25,966 nucleotides of DNA from a virus. Its lineage: Duplodnaviria; Caudoviricetes. Below, piece by piece: positions 7,141-15,369 of this stretch; within the stretch, counting starts at the first letter, position 1; every line of letters starts with the position of its first letter. Below the pieces are notes generated by a model. It saw only the letters and a list, made by a program, of their open reading frames with translations. It was not told where the DNA came from and searched no databases. The position numbers and the translations under genes are program-made. Location of the stretch: the IMG/VR virus record IMGVR_UViG_3300045557_000074, positions 1 through 25,966 of that record. One strand, 5' to 3'.

Positions 7141-8086
7141 AATAAACAAGGGGTATTTTGCTATAATTCCTGCAAATATAAGGTACGACAGAGATGTTCC
7201 GCCTAACGCTAAGCTTTTTTATTCTGAGATAACAGCTTTGTGTAACGAAAGGGGCTACTGCTGGGCTAACAATGAATATTTTACAGAACTTTATGCCACA
7301 ACTGACAGAACAATACGCAGGTGGCTCAACATTCTCAGCAAAAGAGGATACATAACTGTTGAATATCAATATAAAACGGGTACTAAGGAAATTTTGAAAC
7401 GATACATAAAACTAGCAGGAAGTGCTTTTTCTCTATGTGAGGAAGATTCTATTTTAGGTGAGGACAAAAATGTCCGCATGTATGGACAAAAATGTCCAGA
7501 GGTGGGGACAAAAATGTCCGAGGGTGAGGACAAAAATGTCCGAGATAATAATATAATATATAATAATATAAATAATAATATATATAATACTTCTTTTAGT
7601 CCTTTCGGTCAGGATGAACCGGAAACCCCACCTGAAAAAAAGAAAACTGACTGTGAAAAGGTAGTTGACCTATACAGTCAAATCTGTACGAAGCTTCCCA
7701 AGGTCGTAAAAGTAACTGAAAACAGAAAGAAAGCCATTAAAAAGCTTCTTGAAACATATACCATTGAGCAAATTGAACAAGCATTTAAAAATATCAATAA
7801 TTCGGACTTCTGTACCGGTAACAATGTCAGGGGATGGAGAGCTGACTTTGATTTTTGCATTAACAGTCAGAAACTCACGAATGCTCTTGAAGGAAAGTAT
7901 AAAAATAGCCCTGTTAATAAACCAGTTCAAAGCAGTCAGCAAAACAATGCAAGGCCTGTTAACAAATTCCACAATTTTGATGGGAAGATTGGAAAGATGG
8001 CTGAGGTAGACTTGGAAGAGTTGGCGAGGAAAAAGAGGGAAAAGTTTGGATTATCCGGCAGGGAGGCAACTGCTGATGAGAGATAA
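7133..8086 (+). CDS. Phage replication initiator with N-terminal winged HTH
   Basis: YFAIIPANIRYD...AKLFYSEITALCNERGYCWANNEYFTELY...RTIRRWLNILSKRGYI; internal iterons; WRADFDF C-terminal domain. Confidence 0.9.
   Translation: MTEINKGYFAIIPANIRYDRDVPPNAKLFYSEITALCNERGYCWANNEYFTELYATTDRTIRRWLNILSKRGYITVEYQYKTGTKEILKRYIKLAGSAFSLCEEDSILGEDKNVRMYGQKCPEVGTKMSEGEDKNVRDNNIIYNNINNNIYNTSFSPFGQDEPETPPEKKKTDCEKVVDLYSQICTKLPKVVKVTENRKKAIKKLLETYTIEQIEQAFKNINNSDFCTGNNVRGWRADFDFCINSQKLTNALEGKYKNSPVNKPVQSSQQNNARPVNKFHNFDGKIGKMAEVDLEELARKKREKFGLSGREATADER
7462..7590. repeat. Phage replication origin: four iterons plus an AT-rich unwinding tract
   Basis: GGACAAAAATGTCC at 7462, 7484, 7506 and 7528 (22-bp period); all-A/T tract 7545-7589. 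Confidence 0.88.
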
Positions 8087-8276
8087 CTGTTTGAATTGCA
8101 GCGAAAGAAAATTAGGTTGCCATGATGGCTGCAGCATATATGCCGGGATGAAGCAGCAAAAGGAAGAAATAAACAAGAAGCGCCGTCAATTCATGGATGG
8201 TCTTGGCCATGACGGCTGCCTGGCAGCTAAGTGCGGGAGGGTGAAAAGATATGATCAAGCACGATTTAGATATTAG
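8076..8276 (+). CDS. Small Cys-rich phage protein
   Basis: RBS GGGAGG; CLNCSERKLGCHDGC. Confidence 0.75.
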   Translation: MRDNCLNCSERKLGCHDGCSIYAGMKQQKEEINKKRRQFMDGLGHDGCLAAKCGRVKRYDQARFRY

Positions 8277-8544
8277 TATTAAGCAAGTTGATGATATGAA
8301 GCACTGCATAGGGCTTAATCAGCAAAACAAGGTTAAGGACAATAAGTATTATGCATGGAGAAATTATTTCACAACATTAGATCATGATGAAAGCTGGGAC
8401 AACCTTGTGATTAATGGTTTAGCAATAAAAAGGGACTTCAAGCTAGGCAGCGGACCTAATCCTCAGTGCTACAGTGTATCAAAAGAAGGCTTCAAGTTTT
8501 TAGAAAATCAATTAAATATTAAAATAATCATGGATGGGAGATAG
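8251..8544 (+). CDS. Hypothetical phage protein
   Basis: RBS GGGAGGGTG; MKHCIGL...YYAWRNYF. Confidence 0.78.
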   Translation: MIKHDLDISIKQVDDMKHCIGLNQQNKVKDNKYYAWRNYFTTLDHDESWDNLVINGLAIKRDFKLGSGPNPQCYSVSKEGFKFLENQLNIKIIMDGR

Positions 8545-8548
8545 TGAT

Positions 8549-8680
8549 ATGGCAAGCAGACCAAAGAGAAAAAAGGCATGGAGAGAACAACAATATAAGC
8601 CGGGATTTGTTAAGAAACCAAAACAGAAGCTTGGCTCAATTCATGATAAACCCTTAAGAAAAGAGGTGAAACATGAATAG
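8549..8680 (+). CDS. Small basic protein, 43 aa (not in ORF track)
   Basis: MASRPKRKKAWREQQYKPGFVKKPKQKLGSIHDKPLRKEVKHE; RBS GGGAG; fills the gap to ssb. Confidence 0.55.
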   Translation: MASRPKRKKAWREQQYKPGFVKKPKQKLGSIHDKPLRKEVKHE

Positions 8681-9083
8681 TGTTGTATTAATAGGCAGAT
8701 TGACCAGAGATCCAGAGCTTAGGTTTATACCGACAACCGGGACGGCCGTTACCAGCTTCACTCTGGCAGTGGACAAGGATCTATTTGGTGATAAGAAACA
8801 GGAAGCCATTAGCCAGGGGAAACCTACCGCAGATTTTATATACGTCACTGTATTTGGCAAGGCAGCAGAAAACTGCGCCAATTTTATGCACAAAGGCAGC
8901 AAATGCTGTGTACAAGGTAGGATAAATACCAACAGTTATGTTGATAAAAACGGAGAAAAACAATACAAGACAGGAGTGACAGCGGAAAGGGTAGAATTTT
9001 TAGATCCTAAGAAAAGCGAAGCTGAGTATAACATGGAGAATGATATCTTTACTCCGGTTAATGATGAAGATATACCATTCTAA
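8673..9083 (+). CDS. ssb: Single-stranded DNA-binding protein
   Basis: MNSVVLIGRLTRDPELR...ADFI...acidic tail DEDIPF. Confidence 0.97.
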   Translation: MNSVVLIGRLTRDPELRFIPTTGTAVTSFTLAVDKDLFGDKKQEAISQGKPTADFIYVTVFGKAAENCANFMHKGSKCCVQGRINTNSYVDKNGEKQYKTGVTAERVEFLDPKKSEAEYNMENDIFTPVNDEDIPF

Positions 9084-9097
9084 CAGGAGGCTAACAT

Positions 9098-9229
9098 ATG
9101 CAAGAAGTGAATAAATTGGAAGCTGAAAGTTTAAGATTATGCGGTTTTAAGATAGTGAGGACTAAACATAAGTATTATTTACTGAGAGTTGAAGGCAAGA
9201 CAATGACGGGATATGCAGACTTTTTATAG
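9098..9229 (+). CDS. Small hypothetical protein, 43 aa (not in ORF track)
   Basis: RBS AGGAGG; MQEVNKLEAESLRLCGFKIVRTKHKYYLLRVEGKTMTGYADFL. Confidence 0.65.
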   Translation: MQEVNKLEAESLRLCGFKIVRTKHKYYLLRVEGKTMTGYADFL

Positions 9230-9245
9230 AAAGAGTGGTGAAGCG

Positions 9246-9713
9246 ATGTTTAAAGACGATGAGAAGACAACGAAATTGAAAAACTTGTTATACAGTTACA
9301 CTTACATAGAGGATGAAATTGAAGGCATAAACGAAAAAATTATTAATCTTGGGGAGGCTATAAGTTCACAAAGGGATTTAAGTATTCCTTGCTTAACCGG
9401 GATGCCAGGCGGCAGTAATATTTCTGATTCTGTTTATGCAAGTGTTGAAAAGATCATGGTCACATACGGGCAGGAGGTGGCCAAGCTTGAGAACCGACTT
9501 GAAAAAACATTCAAGAAAAGAAACTATATAAATGCATTGATTGGTGTGTTAGATCCAACAGAGCAAATAATTATAGAACTGAGGTATTTCAAGAAATATA
9601 AAATCTGGATGATAAGCAGCAGCATTCATTATGACAGGAGCCACATTTACAGGCTGCATGATGAAGCTATCAGGAAGATGTTGGAGGTGTATAATTCTGA
9701 GAGTAATATCTGA
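9246..9713 (+). CDS. RinA/ArpU-like late transcriptional activator
   Basis: LTGMPGGS; C-terminal sigma4-like HTH LDPTEQIIIELRYF...IHYDRSHIYRLHDEAI; lies ahead of the packaging genes. Confidence 0.85.
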   Translation: MFKDDEKTTKLKNLLYSYTYIEDEIEGINEKIINLGEAISSQRDLSIPCLTGMPGGSNISDSVYASVEKIMVTYGQEVAKLENRLEKTFKKRNYINALIGVLDPTEQIIIELRYFKKYKIWMISSSIHYDRSHIYRLHDEAIRKMLEVYNSESNI

Positions 9714-9993
9714 AAACAATCCTAGAACGGTTGTAATAACACCGGATTCCATAAAAAACTTAAAGCTTGATGACAATAAGAATTATAAAATTTTAATGAT
9801 TAATAAGAATTATGGCAGCGGCGGCGTTGATACAGTTGAACCAGCAAGAGAAATTCTTAAGGGCAGACTGATCAGCCAGCATGGATACATTTTTATATTT
9901 GTATGCACAAACAAAAGAAATGTTACAAAACGTGTATGTATCAATAAAGTAGACTATATCATGAACAATAGTTTAATAAAAGAATATGAATAA
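9697..9993 (+). CDS. Hypothetical protein (start uncertain; ORF track 9631)
   Basis: RBS GGAGGTG at 9683-9689 followed by in-frame ATT/CTG. Confidence 0.65.
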   Translation: MRVISENNPRTVVITPDSIKNLKLDDNKNYKILMINKNYGSGGVDTVEPAREILKGRLISQHGYIFIFVCTNKRNVTKRVCINKVDYIMNNSLIKEYE

Positions 9994-10001
9994 TTTCAAA
10001 A

Positions 10002-10035
10002 ATGAGACACTATGAGACATTTTTCATGTTATAGT
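10002..10035 (+). promoter_or_regulatory. Putative activator-dependent late promoter
   Basis: Tandem ATGAGACA (10002, 10012) in place of a -35; extended -10 TGT-TATAGT (TATAGT at 10030-10035). Confidence 0.65.
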
Positions 10036-10063
10036 GGTATCATAGAAATATATAGATATACGC

Positions 10064-10093
10064 AAGGCATCCAGAAGGGTGCCTTTTGTTGTT
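10064..10093 (+). terminator. Intrinsic terminator-like hairpin
   Basis: AAGGCATCC-AGAA-GGGTGCCTT followed by TTGTTGTT. Confidence 0.65.
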
Positions 10094-10227
10094 GAAACAC
10101 TTTGGATGCAAAACCTCCATAAAAAATGAGCATCCAAGAATTGAAAGGTTGATACATTACTGTATAGGGTGAATGTCTTAATTAAGCAGGGGCGGGTGCT
10201 GAGACATAAAAGTAGGAGTGAGGATAT

Positions 10228-10830
10228 ATGTACAAAAGACCGGCTAATCCAATAAAACAGCAAAGCAAAGTGCTGGATATTCAGGATTACCTGAAAGAAC
10301 AGAATGAAAGAGATTATGTGCTTTTCGTGCTGGGAGTGGCAACCGGGTATCGTGCTGGTGATCTGGTGGCACTTCAAGTCAGAGACATTAAGGCTGCTCT
10401 GCGGGCTGGCTATTTTAGGATTATGGAAGGAAAGAAAGCCAACAGCAAGAACATAAGAAAGTGCAATATGAAGCCGCGTGAAGTTGTTATAGTGGTAAAG
10501 CTTGAGAAAATCTTGAAAAATTACATCAAAGACAAGAAGGACTATGAGTACATGTTTCCATCCAGGAAAGGAAGCTATGACCACATAGGTGTTCCACGGG
10601 TATCCAATATCCTTAAGGAAGCCGGAGAGGCATTTGGACTTGATAACATCACGGCTCACAGCATGCGCAAGACATATGCATACTGCATCTTTGTTGAAAG
10701 TAACTATAACATTGTTGTAGTAAAGGAGATGCTTGGGCACAGCAGCATAGAAGAAACAAAAAGATATCTGGGATTAGACAGAAGAGACTATGACAATTAC
10801 AGCAAAAGTCTCAATGCTCTAATCCTATAA
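10228..10830 (+). CDS. Tyrosine recombinase, catalytic domain only (200 aa)
   Basis: R42 (TGYRAGDL), H144xxR147 (HSMRKT), H171 (LGH), Y180; no arm-binding or core-binding N-terminal domain. Confidence 0.93.
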   Translation: MYKRPANPIKQQSKVLDIQDYLKEQNERDYVLFVLGVATGYRAGDLVALQVRDIKAALRAGYFRIMEGKKANSKNIRKCNMKPREVVIVVKLEKILKNYIKDKKDYEYMFPSRKGSYDHIGVPRVSNILKEAGEAFGLDNITAHSMRKTYAYCIFVESNYNIVVVKEMLGHSSIEETKRYLGLDRRDYDNYSKSLNALIL

Positions 10831-10845
10831 TTTTTTATTTATATT

Positions 10846-10963
10846 TTGAATGTTTTATATTTTGGTATATGAACATTCGAGGATAAAAAATACTAAATAT
10901 ATACTGTATGAAGAAACAGGATTAAATTGAATGTTTGATTTACTAAGAAAATAGCACATTCAA
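10846..10963. promoter_or_regulatory. Two dyad sites downstream of the recombinase (candidate recombination or binding sites)
   Basis: TTGAATGTT...AACATTCGA (10846-10880) and TTGAATGT...ACATTCAA (10927-10963). Confidence 0.55.
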
Positions 10964-11041
10964 ATCAAGAAAAGCGAAATATGAATATAATAATTAAAAC
11001 ATATTGTTCGTGTTTTCTTATATCAAAATGAGGTGGTCAAA

Positions 11042-11344
11042 ATTAAATCCTGGGCTAAGAAGTTCTATAAATCTGCAGCATGGATTAATTGTCGTGATGC
11101 ATACTTTGTATCACAGGATGGACTGTGTGAAAGGTGTAGTGGTCCTGGGTTAATTGTGCATCATAAGAAGTATTTGAGTGAGAAGAACATTAACAATCCT
11201 GACATATCATTGAACTGGAATAACTTAGAGTTGTTGTGCATTGATTGTCACAACAAGGAACATTTCAAATCAAATAATAAAAAAGCAACAAGGGAAGGGT
11301 TGATGTTTAGTGACTCCGGTGAATTAATACAAGCCCCCCCATAA
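11042..11344 (+). CDS. Terminase-associated HNH endonuclease (probable ATT start; ORF track 11033)
   Basis: FYKSAAW...CERC...VHHK...NLELLCIDCHNKEH; directly upstream of terS. Confidence 0.92.
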   Translation: MKSWAKKFYKSAAWINCRDAYFVSQDGLCERCSGPGLIVHHKKYLSEKNINNPDISLNWNNLELLCIDCHNKEHFKSNNKKATREGLMFSDSGELIQAPP

Positions 11345-11390
11345 ATATATAGCAATATGCTAAGGACAGACCGGTGGAGTGAACTAGAAT
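11334..11390. other. Probable cos region
   Basis: C run at the end of the HNH gene and GC-rich GACCGGTGGAGTGAAC (11369-11384) between HNH and terS, the usual position in HNH/cos phages; exact nick sites not determinable. Confidence 0.55.
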
Positions 11391-11430
11391 TTTGCTGCGT
11401 GTGAAATTTTTAAAAAAGGAGGGGGTTAAA

Positions 11431-11799
11431 ATTAGACCAGAAACCGAACGAGTATTGAAAGAAAAGCAGATTAAGCAGGAAATATCAAGACTTAAAAAGA
11501 TTTGCAAGGATTTAGGAAAAGAAAGAGTCAAGATGGTAGAGGGTTTAATCAGCGAAGCCGCCTTCATGAAAATCACATTGGAGGAAACAAGGAAGGTCAT
11601 TAACGAGGAAGGTACTACAGAAGTATTTGAGCAGGGCAAACAAAAATTTATCCGCAAGCATCCGGCACTTGAAGTGTATACAACACTTGTAAATCGATAT
11701 TCTATAGTCATGAAGCAGATCATTGACTTGCTTCCAGAAGCAGAAAAGAAAAAGGTAGATGATGAGCTTACTAAATTTATAAAGAGGAATTACAAATGA
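11431..11799 (+). CDS. terS: Terminase small subunit (probable ATT start; ORF track 11392)
   Basis: LISEAAFMKITLEE...EEG...KHPALEVY (P27-like); ATGA overlap with terL. Confidence 0.88.
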   Translation: MRPETERVLKEKQIKQEISRLKKICKDLGKERVKMVEGLISEAAFMKITLEETRKVINEEGTTEVFEQGKQKFIRKHPALEVYTTLVNRYSIVMKQIIDLLPEAEKKKVDDELTKFIKRNYK

Positions 11800-13472
11800 C
11801 CTGGCTTGAAGAATACGGCAGGAAGGTTATAAACGGTGAAATAGTTGCCTGCCACAGAATTAAACAAGCATATACTTTATTGCTTGACAAGCTTTATCAT
11901 CCTGAAAAATACAAACCTTGGATATTTGACTTTGAAAGGGCAATGGCCCCTATTGATTTTATTGAGACCTTTTGCAAACAAGCTGAGGGTGATATCGGAG
12001 CTCCATTAAAATTACAATTATTTCAGCTTGCAAAACATCAAGCAGTATTTGGTTTTGTCCATGAGATAACCGGTGAAAGACAATATACAGAGGTCCTTGA
12101 TATACGTGCCCGTAAAAATGGAAAGACAACAGAGCTTGCGGCGGATGCATTGTATCTTGATGTAGGTGATAATGAAGGAGCACCGGAAGTATATTTTATT
12201 GCTACAAAATTGGATCAATCTAAAAAAGGGTTTAATGCAACTCATAACATGGTTAAGCAGAATCATGAATTAGGCAGATATATCAGAAAGAGGCAAGCTG
12301 ATTTATACAGTGATTTTAACCTGGGGTTTATTCAGGCATTGGCCAGCAACAGCAACGGGCTTGATGGATTAAACAGTCACGCTGTTATAATCGATGAATT
12401 GTCGGCCATCAAGAACAGAGACATATACGACCTGATGAAGCAATCTATGAGTGCAAGAAAACAGCCATTGCTAACATGCATCACAACAAATGGCTTTGTG
12501 AGAAATAATATTTTCGACAGCCAGTATGAATATGCATGTAAGGTGTTAGACGGCCGAATTAAGGATGACAGGTTTATTGCATTTATTTATGAACTTGATG
12601 ACAGAGATGAATGGGACAAGGAGGAATGCTGGATTAAAGCAAACCCTGGACTAGGTACAATTAAGAAAGTTGACTTTTTGAGAAACAGCGTTCAAAAAGC
12701 AAAAGAGGATCCTTCATACAAGCCTACTGTCATGGTGAAAGATTTCAACATGAAAGAAAACAGCGCTGCTGCATGGCTGCCATGGAGCTTTATTGAAAAT
12801 AAAACCAGGTTTGAATTTAAAAAGATGAATTTCAAGTATGGAATTGGATGTTTTGACGCAGCTGATACAACGGACTTGAATGCTGCTCATGCATTATGCA
12901 TGAGAAGAAATGATAGCCAGATTTATTTGAAATCTATGTATTGGCTTCCAGAGGCCGTGTTAAAGAAATATGCTGATGAAGGAAACAGACGTGAACGTGA
13001 CAGCGTTCCATATACTTTATGGGAAAAACAAGGAATACTAAGAACATGGCCAGGAAATAAGGTTGACAAAAGGTGTTTCTTGGATTGGTTCAAGGAGCTG
13101 CGTAATGATGAGGACTTATATATTCTGTATATTGGCTATGATCCATGGCATATTGACGATAGTTTGTTGGCAGAATTCAAATCAGAGTTTGGTCCTAATT
13201 CAATGATTCCAATAAGGCAAGGAGTTGCAACCCTATCTGCGCCGATGAAAGACATGAAGGCAGATTTGGAAGCCGGATTAATTGTGCATAATGGCAATCC
13301 GATAACAATGTGGAACTTGAGCAACATAGAAATCAAAACGGACATAAACGGAAATATTCAACCGGTTAAGGACATAAAGGATTCCCGTAAGCGTATTGAT
13401 GGCGGTGTTGCCCTCATATGCGGGTATGTTGTTCTGAAAGATAAATATACAGATTACACAAATGTAATTTAG
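11796..13472 (+). CDS. terL: Terminase large subunit
   Basis: Walker A ARKNGKT, Walker B VIIDE, ITTNG, KANPGLG, YDPW, KRIDG. Confidence 0.97.
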   Translation: MTWLEEYGRKVINGEIVACHRIKQAYTLLLDKLYHPEKYKPWIFDFERAMAPIDFIETFCKQAEGDIGAPLKLQLFQLAKHQAVFGFVHEITGERQYTEVLDIRARKNGKTTELAADALYLDVGDNEGAPEVYFIATKLDQSKKGFNATHNMVKQNHELGRYIRKRQADLYSDFNLGFIQALASNSNGLDGLNSHAVIIDELSAIKNRDIYDLMKQSMSARKQPLLTCITTNGFVRNNIFDSQYEYACKVLDGRIKDDRFIAFIYELDDRDEWDKEECWIKANPGLGTIKKVDFLRNSVQKAKEDPSYKPTVMVKDFNMKENSAAAWLPWSFIENKTRFEFKKMNFKYGIGCFDAADTTDLNAAHALCMRRNDSQIYLKSMYWLPEAVLKKYADEGNRRERDSVPYTLWEKQGILRTWPGNKVDKRCFLDWFKELRNDEDLYILYIGYDPWHIDDSLLAEFKSEFGPNSMIPIRQGVATLSAPMKDMKADLEAGLIVHNGNPITMWNLSNIEIKTDINGNIQPVKDIKDSRKRIDGGVALICGYVVLKDKYTDYTNVI

Positions 13473-13486
13473 AAGGAGGTGAGAGT

Positions 13487-14647
13487 TTGGGGTTATTAGA
13501 CAAGTTTAAGAACAAAAACATTATAGTTACAAAGTATAAGCTTATTGCTGACAGCGGCGGTGGTTTTTATTCTTGGAATGGAAACATATATCAATCTGAT
13601 ATTGTCAGATCAGCAATAAGGCCTAAGGTTCAGGCCATTGGTAAAATTGTAGGTAAGCACATCAGGGAAACCATCAGAGCTGACAACAAAAAGGAAATCA
13701 AGGTTAATCCTGATGTTTACATGAGATTCCTGCTTGAAGAACCTAACCCATATATGACAGGGCAAATGCTGCAGGAGAAGCTTGCAACACAGCTGGAGCT
13801 AAATAATAATGCCTTTGCATATATCAAAAGAGATGAAAATGGTTATCCTACGGAAATATATCCGATAACAGCAACCATATGTGAAGCGGTACAGGATGAA
13901 GCTGGAGAATTATACTTAAGTTTTTATTTAAAAAATAATAAGCCAGCGACATTTAGGTACTCTGATATTATCCATCTCAGGAAGGATTTCAACAAAAATG
14001 AGATTTTCGGTGATTCTCCTGCTGCAGCATTAATTCCGCTGATGGACATTGTTAATACTACTGATCAGGGTATCATTAAAGCTATTAAAAATTCAAATAT
14101 TGTAAAGTGGCTTCTAAAATTCAATCAGACTATAAGACCAGAGGACATGAAGTCACAGACACAGGATTTTATAAACAACTATTTGAACATTGAAAGTGAT
14201 ACGGTAGGAGCTGCAGCTACAGATGCCAAGATGGATGCCAAACAAGTTGAGCCTAAGGACTATGTACCTAATGCTGCACAAATGGAAAAGACGGTACAAA
14301 GAATTTATTCGTTTTTCAATACAAACGATAAAATAATTCAGGGTAAATACAATGAGGATGAGTGGATTTCCTATTATGAGGCAAATATTGAGCCGGTTGT
14401 AATGCAACTTAGTGGTGAGTATACAAGGAAGCTCTTTACACGAAAGGAGAGGGGATTCGGAAATAAAATCATATTTGAATCATCAAACTTAACATTTGCA
14501 AGTATGCAGACAAAGCTTAATTTAGTGAATTATGTGGACAGAGGTATCATGAATCCAAATGAGATAAGGGCAATTCTCAACATGGCACCTGCGCCTGATG
14601 GAGATACATATATCAGACGTCTAGATACCAGACCTACATCAGAGTAA
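13487..14647 (+). CDS. HK97-family portal protein
   Basis: PNPYMT, LNNNAFAYI, DIIHLR, GIMNPNEIRAILNMAP. Confidence 0.96.
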   Translation: MGLLDKFKNKNIIVTKYKLIADSGGGFYSWNGNIYQSDIVRSAIRPKVQAIGKIVGKHIRETIRADNKKEIKVNPDVYMRFLLEEPNPYMTGQMLQEKLATQLELNNNAFAYIKRDENGYPTEIYPITATICEAVQDEAGELYLSFYLKNNKPATFRYSDIIHLRKDFNKNEIFGDSPAAALIPLMDIVNTTDQGIIKAIKNSNIVKWLLKFNQTIRPEDMKSQTQDFINNYLNIESDTVGAAATDAKMDAKQVEPKDYVPNAAQMEKTVQRIYSFFNTNDKIIQGKYNEDEWISYYEANIEPVVMQLSGEYTRKLFTRKERGFGNKIIFESSNLTFASMQTKLNLVNYVDRGIMNPNEIRAILNMAPAPDGDTYIRRLDTRPTSE

Positions 14648-14661
14648 GGAGGTGAAAAAGT

Positions 14662-15369
14662 ATGGCTAAAATTGAAATCAAAGGTGACATAATACCTACC
14701 GACTATCAAAAGGTTTACGACTGGTTAGGCTGGGAGGGAACAAGCCCAAGGAAAGTAAACAATGAAATCACAAAAGCAAATGGTGAAGACTTAGAGATTG
14801 AGATTAACTCCGGTGGTGGTGATGTTTTCTCCGGTTCAGAGATATACACGGCTTTAAGATCTTACAGCGGAAATGTTACAGTCAAAATTGTTGGCATTGC
14901 AGCCAGCGCAGCAAGTGTTATAGCTATGGCTGGTAAAAAAATATTGATGTCTCCAACGGCTCAACTGATGATCCATAACGTCAGCACAGGCATACAAGGC
15001 GACTACAGGGCAATGGAACATGGTGCTGAGGTATTGAAAAATGCTAATCAGACAATAGCTAATGCGTACAGACTCAAAACAGGGCTAAGCAATGAAAAGC
15101 TGCTTAATATGATGAATAAAGAAACCTGGTTTACACCACAACAAGCATTAGACAACAATTTGATTGATGAAATAATGTTTGGAGGTCAAATAAGTCTTGT
15201 AAACAGCTATAATAAACCAATGCTGTCCAGGGAAGCGGTAAACAAAATAAGTGAATTAATTGCAAATCCGACTAATTTAAACGATAAGGCGGATTTTTTA
15301 TTGCAACAAAAAAATCAAAATTCAATAAATCTTTTAAAACTGAGAGGAGAAATAATAAATGAAATTTAA
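14662..15369 (+). CDS. ClpP-like prohead maturation protease
   Basis: INSGGGDVF, AASAASVIAMAG, MIHN, ETWFT. Confidence 0.96.
   Translation: MAKIEIKGDIIPTDYQKVYDWLGWEGTSPRKVNNEITKANGEDLEIEINSGGGDVFSGSEIYTALRSYSGNVTVKIVGIAASAASVIAMAGKKILMSPTAQLMIHNVSTGIQGDYRAMEHGAEVLKNANQTIANAYRLKTGLSNEKLLNMMNKETWFTPQQALDNNLIDEIMFGGQISLVNSYNKPMLSREAVNKISELIANPTNLNDKADFLLQQKNQNSINLLKLRGEIINEI

Noticed and set aside
7462-7541. Regularly spaced palindromic repeats read as a CRISPR array
   Set aside because: 14-bp repeats with 8-bp gaps inside an initiator CDS, and no cas genes; these are iterons.
10024-10740. 238-aa minus-strand ORF
   Set aside because: Antisense shadow of the recombinase; no recognisable motifs.
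10228-10830. Recombinase as the prophage integrase
   Set aside because: Too short, lacks N-terminal DNA-binding domains and lies mid-genome.
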